Source: a virus
Taxonomy: Duplodnaviria; Caudoviricetes
Virus record (IMG/VR): IMGVR_UViG_3300007593_000213
Span: 1-25,891 of that record
Reading direction: 5' to 3' (one strand)
DNA length: 25,891 nucleotides
Within the stretch, counting starts at the first letter, position 1. Each line of letters starts with the position of its first letter. The position numbers and the translations under genes were made by a program. Below are positions 17,058 through 25,655 of this stretch, in pieces. The notes beneath the pieces are model-generated. The model made no database searches, had not been told where the DNA came from, and worked only from the letters and a program-made list of their open reading frames with translations.

Positions 17058-17504
17058 TTATTTTCTTTTATATATTTCTGTTTTAATTAAAAAATCTCCA
17101 AGTATGGTATCACCGCTTGATAGAAACTTATAATTGTTGGTATCGGAAATATCAACGTCATCTGTTTTTTTAATCTCTTCTTCATTTTTTAATTCAACAT
17201 TTTCTTCACTTTTAAAAGAATTTAATCCCAACTTATCATTAGTAAAATTAACAGTATAACCAAAATCCTCCAATTCTTTTTTTAATGATTTTAATAAATC
17301 TTCTGTGTTTTTAAAAAATAATCTCCAAAAAGGTATTGGAAATATAATATTCAATGCATTTACTCTTACGGCACATTGTTGACACGGTTCTGTTTTTTTA
17401 GTAATTATTTTAGTTATCCATCCTATTAATTTACTGTGTAAAAAACAAGCTACCAAATCACCCAATCCGCGAGAATATTTAATTTTTAAATTTGGATCTT
17501 TCAT
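17058..17504 (-). CDS. Hypothetical protein with GLGD...CxxC..R...LN motif
   Basis: SRGLGDLVACFLH...EPCQQCAVRVNALNIIFP; 4-bp overlap with the upstream gene. Confidence 0.65.
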   Translation of the reverse strand: MKDPNLKIKYSRGLGDLVACFLHSKLIGWITKIITKKTEPCQQCAVRVNALNIIFPIPFWRLFFKNTEDLLKSLKKELEDFGYTVNFTNDKLGLNSFKSEENVELKNEEEIKKTDDVDISDTNNYKFLSSGDTILGDFLIKTEIYKRK

Positions 17505-17875
17505 AATACGCTAGAAATTCTTTTATTAAACTTATCAACAGCAGTTAAAATACAATCAGACATATCATAAAAATCATCATCTGCTAAATTGTCATTATTT
17601 TGTATTATTTTTCTTAATTGTTTCATTATAGTAATTAATTGAACATTTAAAGGATATTTTTTATCTATATATTCAAAAGTGTGTCGTTCTTCTTGTATTT
17701 CTTCTATAGAAGAACCGATTGGAAGCATTTCTCCAGTTTCATAATCACCTTTCCACTCCCAATTTGAAATATTTGTTTTTTCGGATGGTACTTCTCTTCT
17801 TAGAATAGGAGAATTGGGTGGTATTTCATCACTATATCCTATAAATTGTTTTTTATCGTTAAAAATGGCAAACAT
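17501..17875 (-). CDS. Hypothetical protein (possible fibre assembly chaperone)
   Basis: 124-aa ORF directly downstream of the adhesin-like gene, preceded by an exact late promoter box. Confidence 0.6.
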   Translation of the reverse strand: MFAIFNDKKQFIGYSDEIPPNSPILRREVPSEKTNISNWEWKGDYETGEMLPIGSSIEEIQEERHTFEYIDKKYPLNVQLITIMKQLRKIIQNNDNLADDDFYDMSDCILTAVDKFNKRISSVL

Positions 17876-17884
17876 TATAAATAA

Positions 17885-17892
17885 TATTTATA
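17885..17892 (-). promoter_or_regulatory. T4 late promoter consensus TATAAATA
   Basis: + strand TATTTATA; 9 nt upstream of the ATG at 17875. Confidence 0.65.
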
Positions 17893-17915
17893 AGATATTA
17901 TGAATATGCAAAGAA

Positions 17916-19451
17916 TTAACTCTTATATGGTCCAAGCAAGTCTCCAAATGTAGCTCCTATACGATTTGAACTTAATGTTTGTATTAAAGACAATCCAATT
18001 ACACAATAACCAGGGGCTCCACCAAAAGGTGGTAGTGAAATACCTCTAGAATCGAATCCTCCAGAATTTTGTCCTTTTTGTCCTAGTGTTCCTCCAGGTG
18101 TTCCGTTTGTATAACCAAATCCACCATTTCCGGGTATGGTAAGGCTTCCATCGTTTCCATTAGTTCCGCTTTGCGTTGTGAAAGAATAGGAAGACAATGT
18201 AGAAACATTCGATCCTCCTACGCCATAATACCCCTTCGTATTTCCTGCTCCTCCACCGCCTCCACCGCCACCTTTTAGTATAGGTTTTGTTCCATTACTA
18301 TTTAATGGAAATTTTATAGAATAAAAACTATTATCTTTATATGAGGCTAATCCTCCACCACCACCACCGCCTCCTCCTGCTATTGTTCCATCATTTAAAA
18401 ACATTTTAACAGGATAATTAAGAACTATCGCATTTCCACCCGCTGTTCCGTTATTTGTACTATTTAAAGGAATTCCTAATGATTGACCATAACCACCGTT
18501 TCCTCCATATCCAACTATTGTTCCATAATTTAAAATATTTATATCATCTCCATGTTTAAATCCATTTATACTAAATGCTTCTCTATTTAAAACTTCGCTA
18601 CCAATAACTACACTAGAATTTATTATAACTTTTATGTCAGTATTTCCTGCTAGATATTTTCCGGTTCCAATAACATGATAATACAAATCAAAATTAAATT
18701 GACTATCTGTTATTGTTATTTCTATAAATGGTCTTTTCTTTGTAGTGTTTACTACTATTCTTATTGGTGTTTCTTTTTCTACATCGTCTTGTTGTGTTGT
18801 ATCTTGATCTCCATAAACAACTCCTAAAAACACCCAGTTACCCCTTTGAACCTCAAATTTATATATATTACCTTTTAATAAATGAATATCTTTTTTTAAA
18901 AATTTAGCATACATTTCTCTAATATTAAAAGAAAATTCTGGACTTGTTTGTATGTCAAATAAATAACTATTATCTAAAGGATCTACAGGAATATTATATA
19001 AAAAAAATGTTAAATTTACATTTGTATTTTCATTAAAATCTAAAGGATTGAAGTTAGAATTTAAATAACTTTTAGCAACAGATATTAATTTATCGTTTCT
19101 TTGATTTATAGTAGGACAACTTATTGCTATATTAGCATATGTAGATATGTTTAATGGATAATGAACGGAGAATGTATGTTTAGACCAATAAGAACTTAAT
19201 ATATTAACAGTAGCATATGCCATATTAAATCTTAATGGATCTTCAAATTGATTTGTTGCTTGTATAAAAAACGGAATATTTTCTTTTAAATCATCAAAAA
19301 TAGCTTGATAATTGTCAGAATTAATAGTAAGCATGCTGGATAAATTACAAATTTCAGTATCTAATTTTAAAAGATTAAAATTATGTTTTGCCGCAGAATC
19401 GCCTACACATTCGTTTTTAGTTATTTTTTTAATTGGAATATCAGTACTCAT
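17916..19451 (-). CDS. Fibre/adhesin protein with a C-terminal glycine-rich T-even gp38-like receptor-binding domain (paralogue 3)
   Basis: INILNYGTIVGYGGNGG, GTAGGNAI, FLNDGTIAGGGGGGGGG, GGGGGGGGAG match the T2-type gp38 polyglycine pattern; N-terminal VGDSAAKHNFNLLKLD anchor. Confidence 0.7.
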   Translation of the reverse strand: MSTDIPIKKITKNECVGDSAAKHNFNLLKLDTEICNLSSMLTINSDNYQAIFDDLKENIPFFIQATNQFEDPLRFNMAYATVNILSSYWSKHTFSVHYPLNISTYANIAISCPTINQRNDKLISVAKSYLNSNFNPLDFNENTNVNLTFFLYNIPVDPLDNSYLFDIQTSPEFSFNIREMYAKFLKKDIHLLKGNIYKFEVQRGNWVFLGVVYGDQDTTQQDDVEKETPIRIVVNTTKKRPFIEITITDSQFNFDLYYHVIGTGKYLAGNTDIKVIINSSVVIGSEVLNREAFSINGFKHGDDINILNYGTIVGYGGNGGYGQSLGIPLNSTNNGTAGGNAIVLNYPVKMFLNDGTIAGGGGGGGGGLASYKDNSFYSIKFPLNSNGTKPILKGGGGGGGGAGNTKGYYGVGGSNVSTLSSYSFTTQSGTNGNDGSLTIPGNGGFGYTNGTPGGTLGQKGQNSGGFDSRGISLPPFGGAPGYCVIGLSLIQTLSSNRIGATFGDLLGPYKS

Positions 19452-20395
19452 TTTGTTAAAAACCTTTCAAATGTCCATGCACAATTTTTAATTGAAAATA
19501 CAACTGCAATTAAATCGTCAACTTCATTTCTATCTTGAAAAAACATTTCTACATTAGCCTTTATATATCCATATGCTGTTTGTGCATTTGATGTAATGGT
19601 AGTAGTTGTATTTGCTGGAGTCCATGATATTGTTTTATATAATATTCTTTTAAAGTTTGAAATGACATTGAATGCTGTTTCCGTCCATGTTGGAATTGTT
19701 GCTGTAGATACATTAGATGGAGCAGTAAGTTTTAATGATGCTTGTGGTTGTGTCCTTACATAAGGAGGAAGATCATAAAAACAAGTTACATTTTTTGATT
19801 GTGAGCATGTTGCAGACGAACCCTTACAATCAAAATCTCCATTACTACAATATACATATCCTGTATAAAAATTTTTACAAGTAATAGTAATTGTTTTATT
19901 TGCAGTTGTACATAATGTGTAATCTGTTAATAGTTGATTTTCATTAACGTATGTTCCATATGCCCATCTATGCGCATATACTATAAGTTTTTGATTTTCT
20001 ACATAATTATTAAGGGGTATTCCATTTTTTATAGTTATTTCTGGAAAATAATTAGAAGCCCATGTTTGTAGAGAATTTACTATATCACTTTTAGATATGT
20101 CTATATTAAATATAGAAGGGAAAAAAATAGTTATTGGTTTCAACCAACCCGCAGAATTTGTTTCTACTATAGTACATACATTTAATAGAGTAGATGAATA
20201 TGTTTGCGAAATTGTTGTAATTTGTTTTAAAGTGTTTTTAAAATCTTTATAATAATTCACAACAGGTGTCCAGTAATCATTTGCTCTTTGTGTTACTTCT
20301 TTTGTTAACAAATCTAAAGTTTCATAATTTAAATTTATAGAACTCAAGGAATCGCCTATAGAAGAAGTTGGTTGTATATATATAATATCGTTCAT
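19448..20395 (-). CDS. Fibre/baseplate appendage protein with a Cys-rich insert (paralogue 2)
   Basis: N-terminal IGDSLSSINLNYETLD anchor; shares blocks with both neighbours; six-Cys insert. Confidence 0.65.
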   Translation of the reverse strand: MNDIIYIQPTSSIGDSLSSINLNYETLDLLTKEVTQRANDYWTPVVNYYKDFKNTLKQITTISQTYSSTLLNVCTIVETNSAGWLKPITIFFPSIFNIDISKSDIVNSLQTWASNYFPEITIKNGIPLNNYVENQKLIVYAHRWAYGTYVNENQLLTDYTLCTTANKTITITCKNFYTGYVYCSNGDFDCKGSSATCSQSKNVTCFYDLPPYVRTQPQASLKLTAPSNVSTATIPTWTETAFNVISNFKRILYKTISWTPANTTTTITSNAQTAYGYIKANVEMFFQDRNEVDDLIAVVFSIKNCAWTFERFLTK

Positions 20396-21168
20396 ATATT
20401 AATCCAAACATTGTTTATGTTTTTAAATTTCATATTTATAGTTCTACATGTTGTTTTTTCTATGACATCTCTTTTCAATCCTATAGATAATTGTTTGCTT
20501 CCTCCACCTTGACATGCTACTGGCACAGAAGTAGCACTAGAATTTATAATGGTACATTTATCATATGCATTGGTACATGGTCCATATCCAGCCAGTCCTC
20601 CGTGGTGATTACATCCTCTGGACGGTTTAGGACAACCAGAACAAGAAAGACTACCTCCACCACCATTTGGTATGCATGGTTCGTAAAGAGATCTATTAAA
20701 CTTAAAACTAAATGATGTTTCTTGATTTAAATATATCAAAACATTTACCATTTGATCGTCAGTGTAATATATTGGATTGAAATTTACGTCTAACCAATTT
20801 TTTATTAAAGAAATTTGTTGAATCGATGTTTTAGAATACCAAACAGTAAAGTCTATCATCTGTGGATAATATAATTGTATATGCTTATTCCAAGAAGAAC
20901 TTAACTTACTAACAGTTGTTGAAAGATCTATCCAAGCAGCACTAAATTGTTTAACATTACTAGCAGTAGTTAACCATCTAGCACTATATTGACTAACTAA
21001 TGTATATATGTCATACCAATTGTTTTGTTGAATATACAAAGAACTTATAGATTCACTTAAAGTTAAAAAGTTATAATTTATAATATCCAATGAATCTTTT
21101 AAACAGTATCTTTGATCTATTAAATAGACATTCGAACATGTAGGTGTTATTTTTTCAAAAGTAATCAT
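20392..21168 (-). CDS. Fibre/baseplate appendage protein with Trp-14 repeats and a Cys-rich insert (paralogue 1)
   Basis: LKDSLDIINYNFLTLS anchor; Trp every 14 residues; seven-Cys insert containing HH. Confidence 0.65.
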   Translation of the reverse strand: MITFEKITPTCSNVYLIDQRYCLKDSLDIINYNFLTLSESISSLYIQQNNWYDIYTLVSQYSARWLTTASNVKQFSAAWIDLSTTVSKLSSSWNKHIQLYYPQMIDFTVWYSKTSIQQISLIKNWLDVNFNPIYYTDDQMVNVLIYLNQETSFSFKFNRSLYEPCIPNGGGGSLSCSGCPKPSRGCNHHGGLAGYGPCTNAYDKCTIINSSATSVPVACQGGGSKQLSIGLKRDVIEKTTCRTINMKFKNINNVWINI

Positions 21169-21169
21169 A

Positions 21170-24100
21170 TTATATCCAATTTATTTTATATAAAGAAGTC
21201 TCTGCTGGTTTAATTTTATTAATACAATCTTTTATAGTGGTTTCTATAAGATATTTTAAATCATCATTTATGTTTAAATTATGTATATTAATATTAAAAT
21301 AATTACTCTTACTTCCTGGTAATTGATTTTTATACCAATATTCAATTTCTTCTATAAAATTTCTATCTCCTACGTTAATATTCCATTTTAAATATTTTCT
21401 AGGATCTGCAAGTTCAGAAGAGAAGTATATAGCTTCTATTTCACCTACACTTAATGCTTTTGAATATAATCTCAAATCGGCAATATTTCCTATAAATTTA
21501 TTAACATCATCCAATCCAATAAGATCGTTTAATGTGGTGTTTTTGATACTTGCTGCTCCTAATAATAATGAAGATCTATAATCATAATACAATTCATATA
21601 AATTAGGTTCGAAAGATACCTTGCCTACATTAATGGTATCAATATAAAAATCAGCAATCCCTCTAAATGAATCAAAAACAAAAGAAAAATGATGCCAACC
21701 GTGAGGTAAAGAGCTTGTTGTAAATGATAAAGAAAGTAATTGAGGATCTCTTCCGTCTGGTTGTGCTATTTTAAATTTCCAAGAAAGTGTTGTTTTTCTT
21801 GGAATAAATTTTCTAACAAACTGATATCCAGTAAAATCACCTTTTGCATTGAATTTTAATTGATCAAGATTTTCAACATTTAATGTTCTTAAATCTGATC
21901 TATATTCCATGCTACCAAGACTATCTATGGCATATATTTCATTATCTCTTGTATCTACTAATATTAAAACATCTTCAAATTGCTCTTTTCTATTACAAAC
22001 ATCAGAAGCAATTAAAGGTGTTCTTACAAAATCTATATATCTAAATACTAAATTATCATCACAAGGATCTAATGGATTAGAAACTCTTCTTCCTATTCTA
22101 AAAGAAAAATCTACAGTATCAGTTATGCTATTTATTCTAGAAATTCTGTCTTGTTCATGTGATATCCATAAATTATTATTAAAATCCACTGATATTTGTT
22201 GTGTAAACCCTACAGTTGCATAAAATATTTTATTTTTATATAAACTACCTCCTATTACTTCCCATAAAACATTGTTATTGTCTATTACCGAAACATATCC
22301 GCTTGAAAATATAACTTCATCATCAATTAATGTTATTTCTATTCTTTTTGTACTAAATGGAACATCAACAGAAAGAAGATATTGCATATTAGAATCAAAT
22401 ACGCTATACATTTTTTTTGTATCATCATATAAATAAAATCTTTTTTGTGAATCTATTTCTATTTGATTTATGTTTTCTATAAAATAACTAATATTAGTTA
22501 CTTGCAATATCAACGAATTTACTTGATTAAATTTTGATGCTGTTTTATTTAAAACATCAAAAACCCAATAGGTGAAATCTGGTAATCTAAATATATAACT
22601 ATATTCAGTATCATATCCATATAAAGTATTAGGAATTAATAAAGGAACTTCACTTAATTTTTTAAACTTATAATTTAAAGTATATGCAGTAGCAGAAATT
22701 GAATTTGTAATTGTTAATACGGGAATACCATTTCCATTTGAATTTATTAATCCAAATCCACTTTCAAAATAGTTTCCAAATATTTGTTCACCATTGATAT
22801 TAGACCAATCATCAACGTTTAACCACATAGAAGCTGTCAATCTTTGTTTTTGTAATAAAGAATCGTTTGCAAGAAATAATGCATGATTGTTTCCTTTTAA
22901 TTTCCAATAATTTCCTATAAAAGTATCAGGATCTGCAAAATATACCAATCCATCATTTCTAAAGTCAGAATTATCTAAAAGAGGAGAAGACAACCATTCA
23001 GTTATACTCAAAACATTGGCTCCTTCGTTTATAGTAGAATTTTTATCTAAAAAGTTTAAGAAAATTTTACTATTATCAATTCCACCTCGTTCATAACTAT
23101 ATAAAACACCTGGTTCAAAATATGTTTCTGAAGGAACGTCGAATGTATATTCATTAGTTGGATATATTCTTTCATTATATACTAATGCTTTGGCTGTCAA
23201 TGCTTGATCCAATGTGTAATATGCAGCATTATAGTATCTATCCATCCATATTTTATCTCCAGTATTTGTACCAGAAAGCCATGAGCATAACCATGTATTA
23301 TCAAATTTTTTAATACTCTTCGGCTGAGATATTCCTTTTATTATTTCTTCATAATCCCCTCTATACATACACAATCTATCAGAAGTAAATGGTATTTCTC
23401 CTGCAATCGCACCATCTTCTATAAGACCAGAGGATTGTAGGGATATTCTCTTAGAAGTAGGTGGATAATAAAAAATATTTTCAGAATCTTCATTAAAGGT
23501 AAATTCTTTAGTGTTTGACTGATATCCTAAATAAACTCTATCATATCCCTTAGCTTGATTAGTTCCTGTATATATTTTATTATATGTTCTTTTTATTGAC
23601 GGAGATGCTGTTAATATCGGATTAGATGTTGAATATGTATATTCAGATGTTTGATAATTTTTAAGACCGTGTATTTGTAAATCATAAAAAGCTTCATCTT
23701 GGGTTTTCTTTATATTTTCTATAGGAAACATTCCTAAATAATTTTGAGAGTATAAATTAGACATTGAGAATTCCTCATTTATACCTAAAGGATTTGGAAT
23801 TTGAGTAGGATTTACATCATAAGAAACTAAAAAACTGTCTGAAGTGCTTTTTTCTTTTTCTATTTCAAATTGTTTATATGAAACAAAATTAAAAAAATAA
23901 GATATTGGTACATTATTTGGTAATGCTATTGGGATAACTACTATACTATAATTCGTACTATCTACATACAAAATTCTGCCATAATAACTATTATATTCAA
24001 ATATGGCAATAGAACTAACACCTAATATATAATCAAATATTTGTGTATCAGATCTAGGATGTACTTCGGTTTTAAAAAGAACAGTAGCAGATGTTCCAAT

Positions 24101-24568
24101 TCTATTTAATGTTAAAAAATCTCCCTCATTGTTTTGAATTGAAAGCGTATCATCAGAATTGAATATAAAAGAAAATATGTCATTATTTGAATAATCGTTA
24201 CTTCTACTATCTTTTAAGTAAAATGAACTATTATTATCATTTAAATCTGTTCTATATTGTTTTATTACAGTATTATTCCTAGACAATATAGGGGATTCTA
24301 TTTTTGTTAACGGTATTTCAATATTAGGAATTTCTTTATTTTCTAAAAAGTAAGAATTATATATAAAATTAGTTAAAAACATTCCTGTTTTCTTATTAAT
24401 AGAAAAGTCCATTGCATTTTTAAGAAAATTATGCAATTTAAAGGACATCCCATTAGAACACAACACATGGGTATTTTTAACTTTAAAGTTATCACCAACT
24501 ACGTTAAAGTCTACTGGTCTCCAAGACGCAGTACCTAATGTATTTTGTATATTAAAAACAGCTGACAT
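21170..24568 (-). CDS. Large virion structural protein with a LamG/concanavalin-like domain and beta-propeller repeats
   Basis: LTASMWLNVDDW, GWHHFSFVFD...FYID, FIGNIADLRLYSKALSVGEIEAIY (LamG); QIEIDSQKRFYL, VIDNNNVLW, QISVDFNNNLWI (propeller blades). Confidence 0.7.
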   Translation of the reverse strand: MSAVFNIQNTLGTASWRPVDFNVVGDNFKVKNTHVLCSNGMSFKLHNFLKNAMDFSINKKTGMFLTNFIYNSYFLENKEIPNIEIPLTKIESPILSRNNTVIKQYRTDLNDNNSSFYLKDSRSNDYSNNDIFSFIFNSDDTLSIQNNEGDFLTLNRIGTSATVLFKTEVHPRSDTQIFDYILGVSSIAIFEYNSYYGRILYVDSTNYSIVVIPIALPNNVPISYFFNFVSYKQFEIEKEKSTSDSFLVSYDVNPTQIPNPLGINEEFSMSNLYSQNYLGMFPIENIKKTQDEAFYDLQIHGLKNYQTSEYTYSTSNPILTASPSIKRTYNKIYTGTNQAKGYDRVYLGYQSNTKEFTFNEDSENIFYYPPTSKRISLQSSGLIEDGAIAGEIPFTSDRLCMYRGDYEEIIKGISQPKSIKKFDNTWLCSWLSGTNTGDKIWMDRYYNAAYYTLDQALTAKALVYNERIYPTNEYTFDVPSETYFEPGVLYSYERGGIDNSKIFLNFLDKNSTINEGANVLSITEWLSSPLLDNSDFRNDGLVYFADPDTFIGNYWKLKGNNHALFLANDSLLQKQRLTASMWLNVDDWSNINGEQIFGNYFESGFGLINSNGNGIPVLTITNSISATAYTLNYKFKKLSEVPLLIPNTLYGYDTEYSYIFRLPDFTYWVFDVLNKTASKFNQVNSLILQVTNISYFIENINQIEIDSQKRFYLYDDTKKMYSVFDSNMQYLLSVDVPFSTKRIEITLIDDEVIFSSGYVSVIDNNNVLWEVIGGSLYKNKIFYATVGFTQQISVDFNNNLWISHEQDRISRINSITDTVDFSFRIGRRVSNPLDPCDDNLVFRYIDFVRTPLIASDVCNRKEQFEDVLILVDTRDNEIYAIDSLGSMEYRSDLRTLNVENLDQLKFNAKGDFTGYQFVRKFIPRKTTLSWKFKIAQPDGRDPQLLSLSFTTSSLPHGWHHFSFVFDSFRGIADFYIDTINVGKVSFEPNLYELYYDYRSSLLLGAASIKNTTLNDLIGLDDVNKFIGNIADLRLYSKALSVGEIEAIYFSSELADPRKYLKWNINVGDRNFIEEIEYWYKNQLPGSKSNYFNINIHNLNINDDLKYLIETTIKDCINKIKPAETSLYKINWI

Positions 24569-24574
24569 TACATA

Positions 24575-24582
24575 TATTTAGA
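24575..24582 (-). promoter_or_regulatory. Late-type promoter box TCTAAATA
   Basis: 6 nt upstream of the ATG at 24568; one mismatch to TATAAATA. Confidence 0.5.
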
Positions 24583-24584
24583 CA

Positions 24585-24611
24585 AAAAACCCTATTATTG
24601 TAGGAGTTTTT
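24585..24611 (-). terminator. Weak hairpin with T-tract, possible terminator after the LRR gene
   Basis: - strand AAAAAC-T-CCTA-CAATAA-TAGG-GTTTTT; short, AT-rich stem. Confidence 0.35.
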
Positions 24612-24632
24612 ATTAAAAAATATAAAAGAATC

Positions 24633-25646
24633 TTAATTTGTCTGAACCATCCAACCCTTTGATATTAAGCTCGCTTTAGCTGCTAGGGCAGCAGAACTTG
24701 TTGGTGTACCGTTAGAACCAAATGGGAGACGAGTAGGAACCGAAGGTGAGTCGTTGCTTACATCATTCGATCCCGATAATAAAAGGCTATATGTCATTAG
24801 ACCTTGTTGTAATGTAGGTGTTACTGATGCTGGTTGGGCATTATCAATACCGATCAAGATATTTTCAATGTCCGTTTGATTTATTCTATTGAATAAAGCA
24901 TCTAAGTAAACAATTCCTCCATAGGAAGAACTTATATCTAAATTTGCCAAATTAGAATCCTGCACACTTACAGTTTTTAATTTACTCTTTTGACTTAAAA
25001 AATCAATATTTGGTGAATAGGCTCCTCCTAAATCAACATATTCTAAATCAGAATCTGCAATATCAGCTTGTATACCGCTTAAATTTAAATTAGTAATCAA
25101 ATTTAAATATCTCAATTTTGGGCAATTGGTAATATCAACATCAGTAGTACCATACCAATTTTGACGCAAGCTAATATATTCAAGAGATGTGCATCCAGAA
25201 AAATTAATAGTTTTAAAACAATTCACATTCAAATACATATCAACTGTAGATAGGCTTGTGCAATTACTAAGATCTACATCTACAGGTTGACTAAAACCGT
25301 CTGGGTATCTCATATAATCAAGAAGACCCACTTTTATGTAAATAAGTTTATCCCTATCCAACATTGTAATAGTATTATTTGAATAGTTTGTGCGAAACCT
25401 CACATCCCCTACCCAATCAATATAGTATGAATTAGCAACATCGTGTTTTGTAAATTCAAATACCTCACCTGGTGCAAAATCGTACATAAAGGGTGTACGT
25501 GCTGGAAAAAAATCTTCTAAATACCCAACCAAACTAGAAAGTGTTGTTCTATATTCAGCAGTTCCATCGGCTTTATAACCAACTATGTAGTCAGCATCTT
25601 CTAATGAAGGTTTATTATCGAAATCAGTGAATTTTTTAATTGCCAT
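24633..25646 (-). CDS. Leucine-rich-repeat protein with a fibre-type N-terminus, probable virion appendage
   Basis: Repeats VDLSNCTSLSTVDM, INFSGCTSLEYISLRQN, VDITNCPKLRYLNLITN, LEYVDLGG, LSQKSKLKTVSVQDSNLANLDIS; C-terminal cap AAKASLISKGWMV. Confidence 0.7.
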   Translation of the reverse strand: MAIKKFTDFDNKPSLEDADYIVGYKADGTAEYRTTLSSLVGYLEDFFPARTPFMYDFAPGEVFEFTKHDVANSYYIDWVGDVRFRTNYSNNTITMLDRDKLIYIKVGLLDYMRYPDGFSQPVDVDLSNCTSLSTVDMYLNVNCFKTINFSGCTSLEYISLRQNWYGTTDVDITNCPKLRYLNLITNLNLSGIQADIADSDLEYVDLGGAYSPNIDFLSQKSKLKTVSVQDSNLANLDISSSYGGIVYLDALFNRINQTDIENILIGIDNAQPASVTPTLQQGLMTYSLLLSGSNDVSNDSPSVPTRLPFGSNGTPTSSAALAAKASLISKGWMVQTN

Positions 25647-25655
25647 ATATATTAT

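Noticed and set aside
18249-18380. CCN/GGN triplet runs as DNA repeats or G-quadruplexes
   Set aside because: Explained by polyglycine codons of the gp38-like domain; third positions vary.
511-22223. Short opposite-strand ORFs (511-720, 1391-1585, 1504-1731, 4128-4361, 5017-5262, 6489-6686, 8277-8513, 11121-11312, 12141-12365, 20491-20715, 21909-22223)
   Set aside because: All lie antisense to well-supported genes and have no protein-like features.
12994-25646. Frequent L-S-[A/S/G] tripeptides in structural proteins as a possible glycosylation sequon
   Set aside because: Counts are small (about six in the 1197-aa protein) in Ser-rich sequence and no glycosyltransferase is in the window; needs a genome-wide enrichment test.
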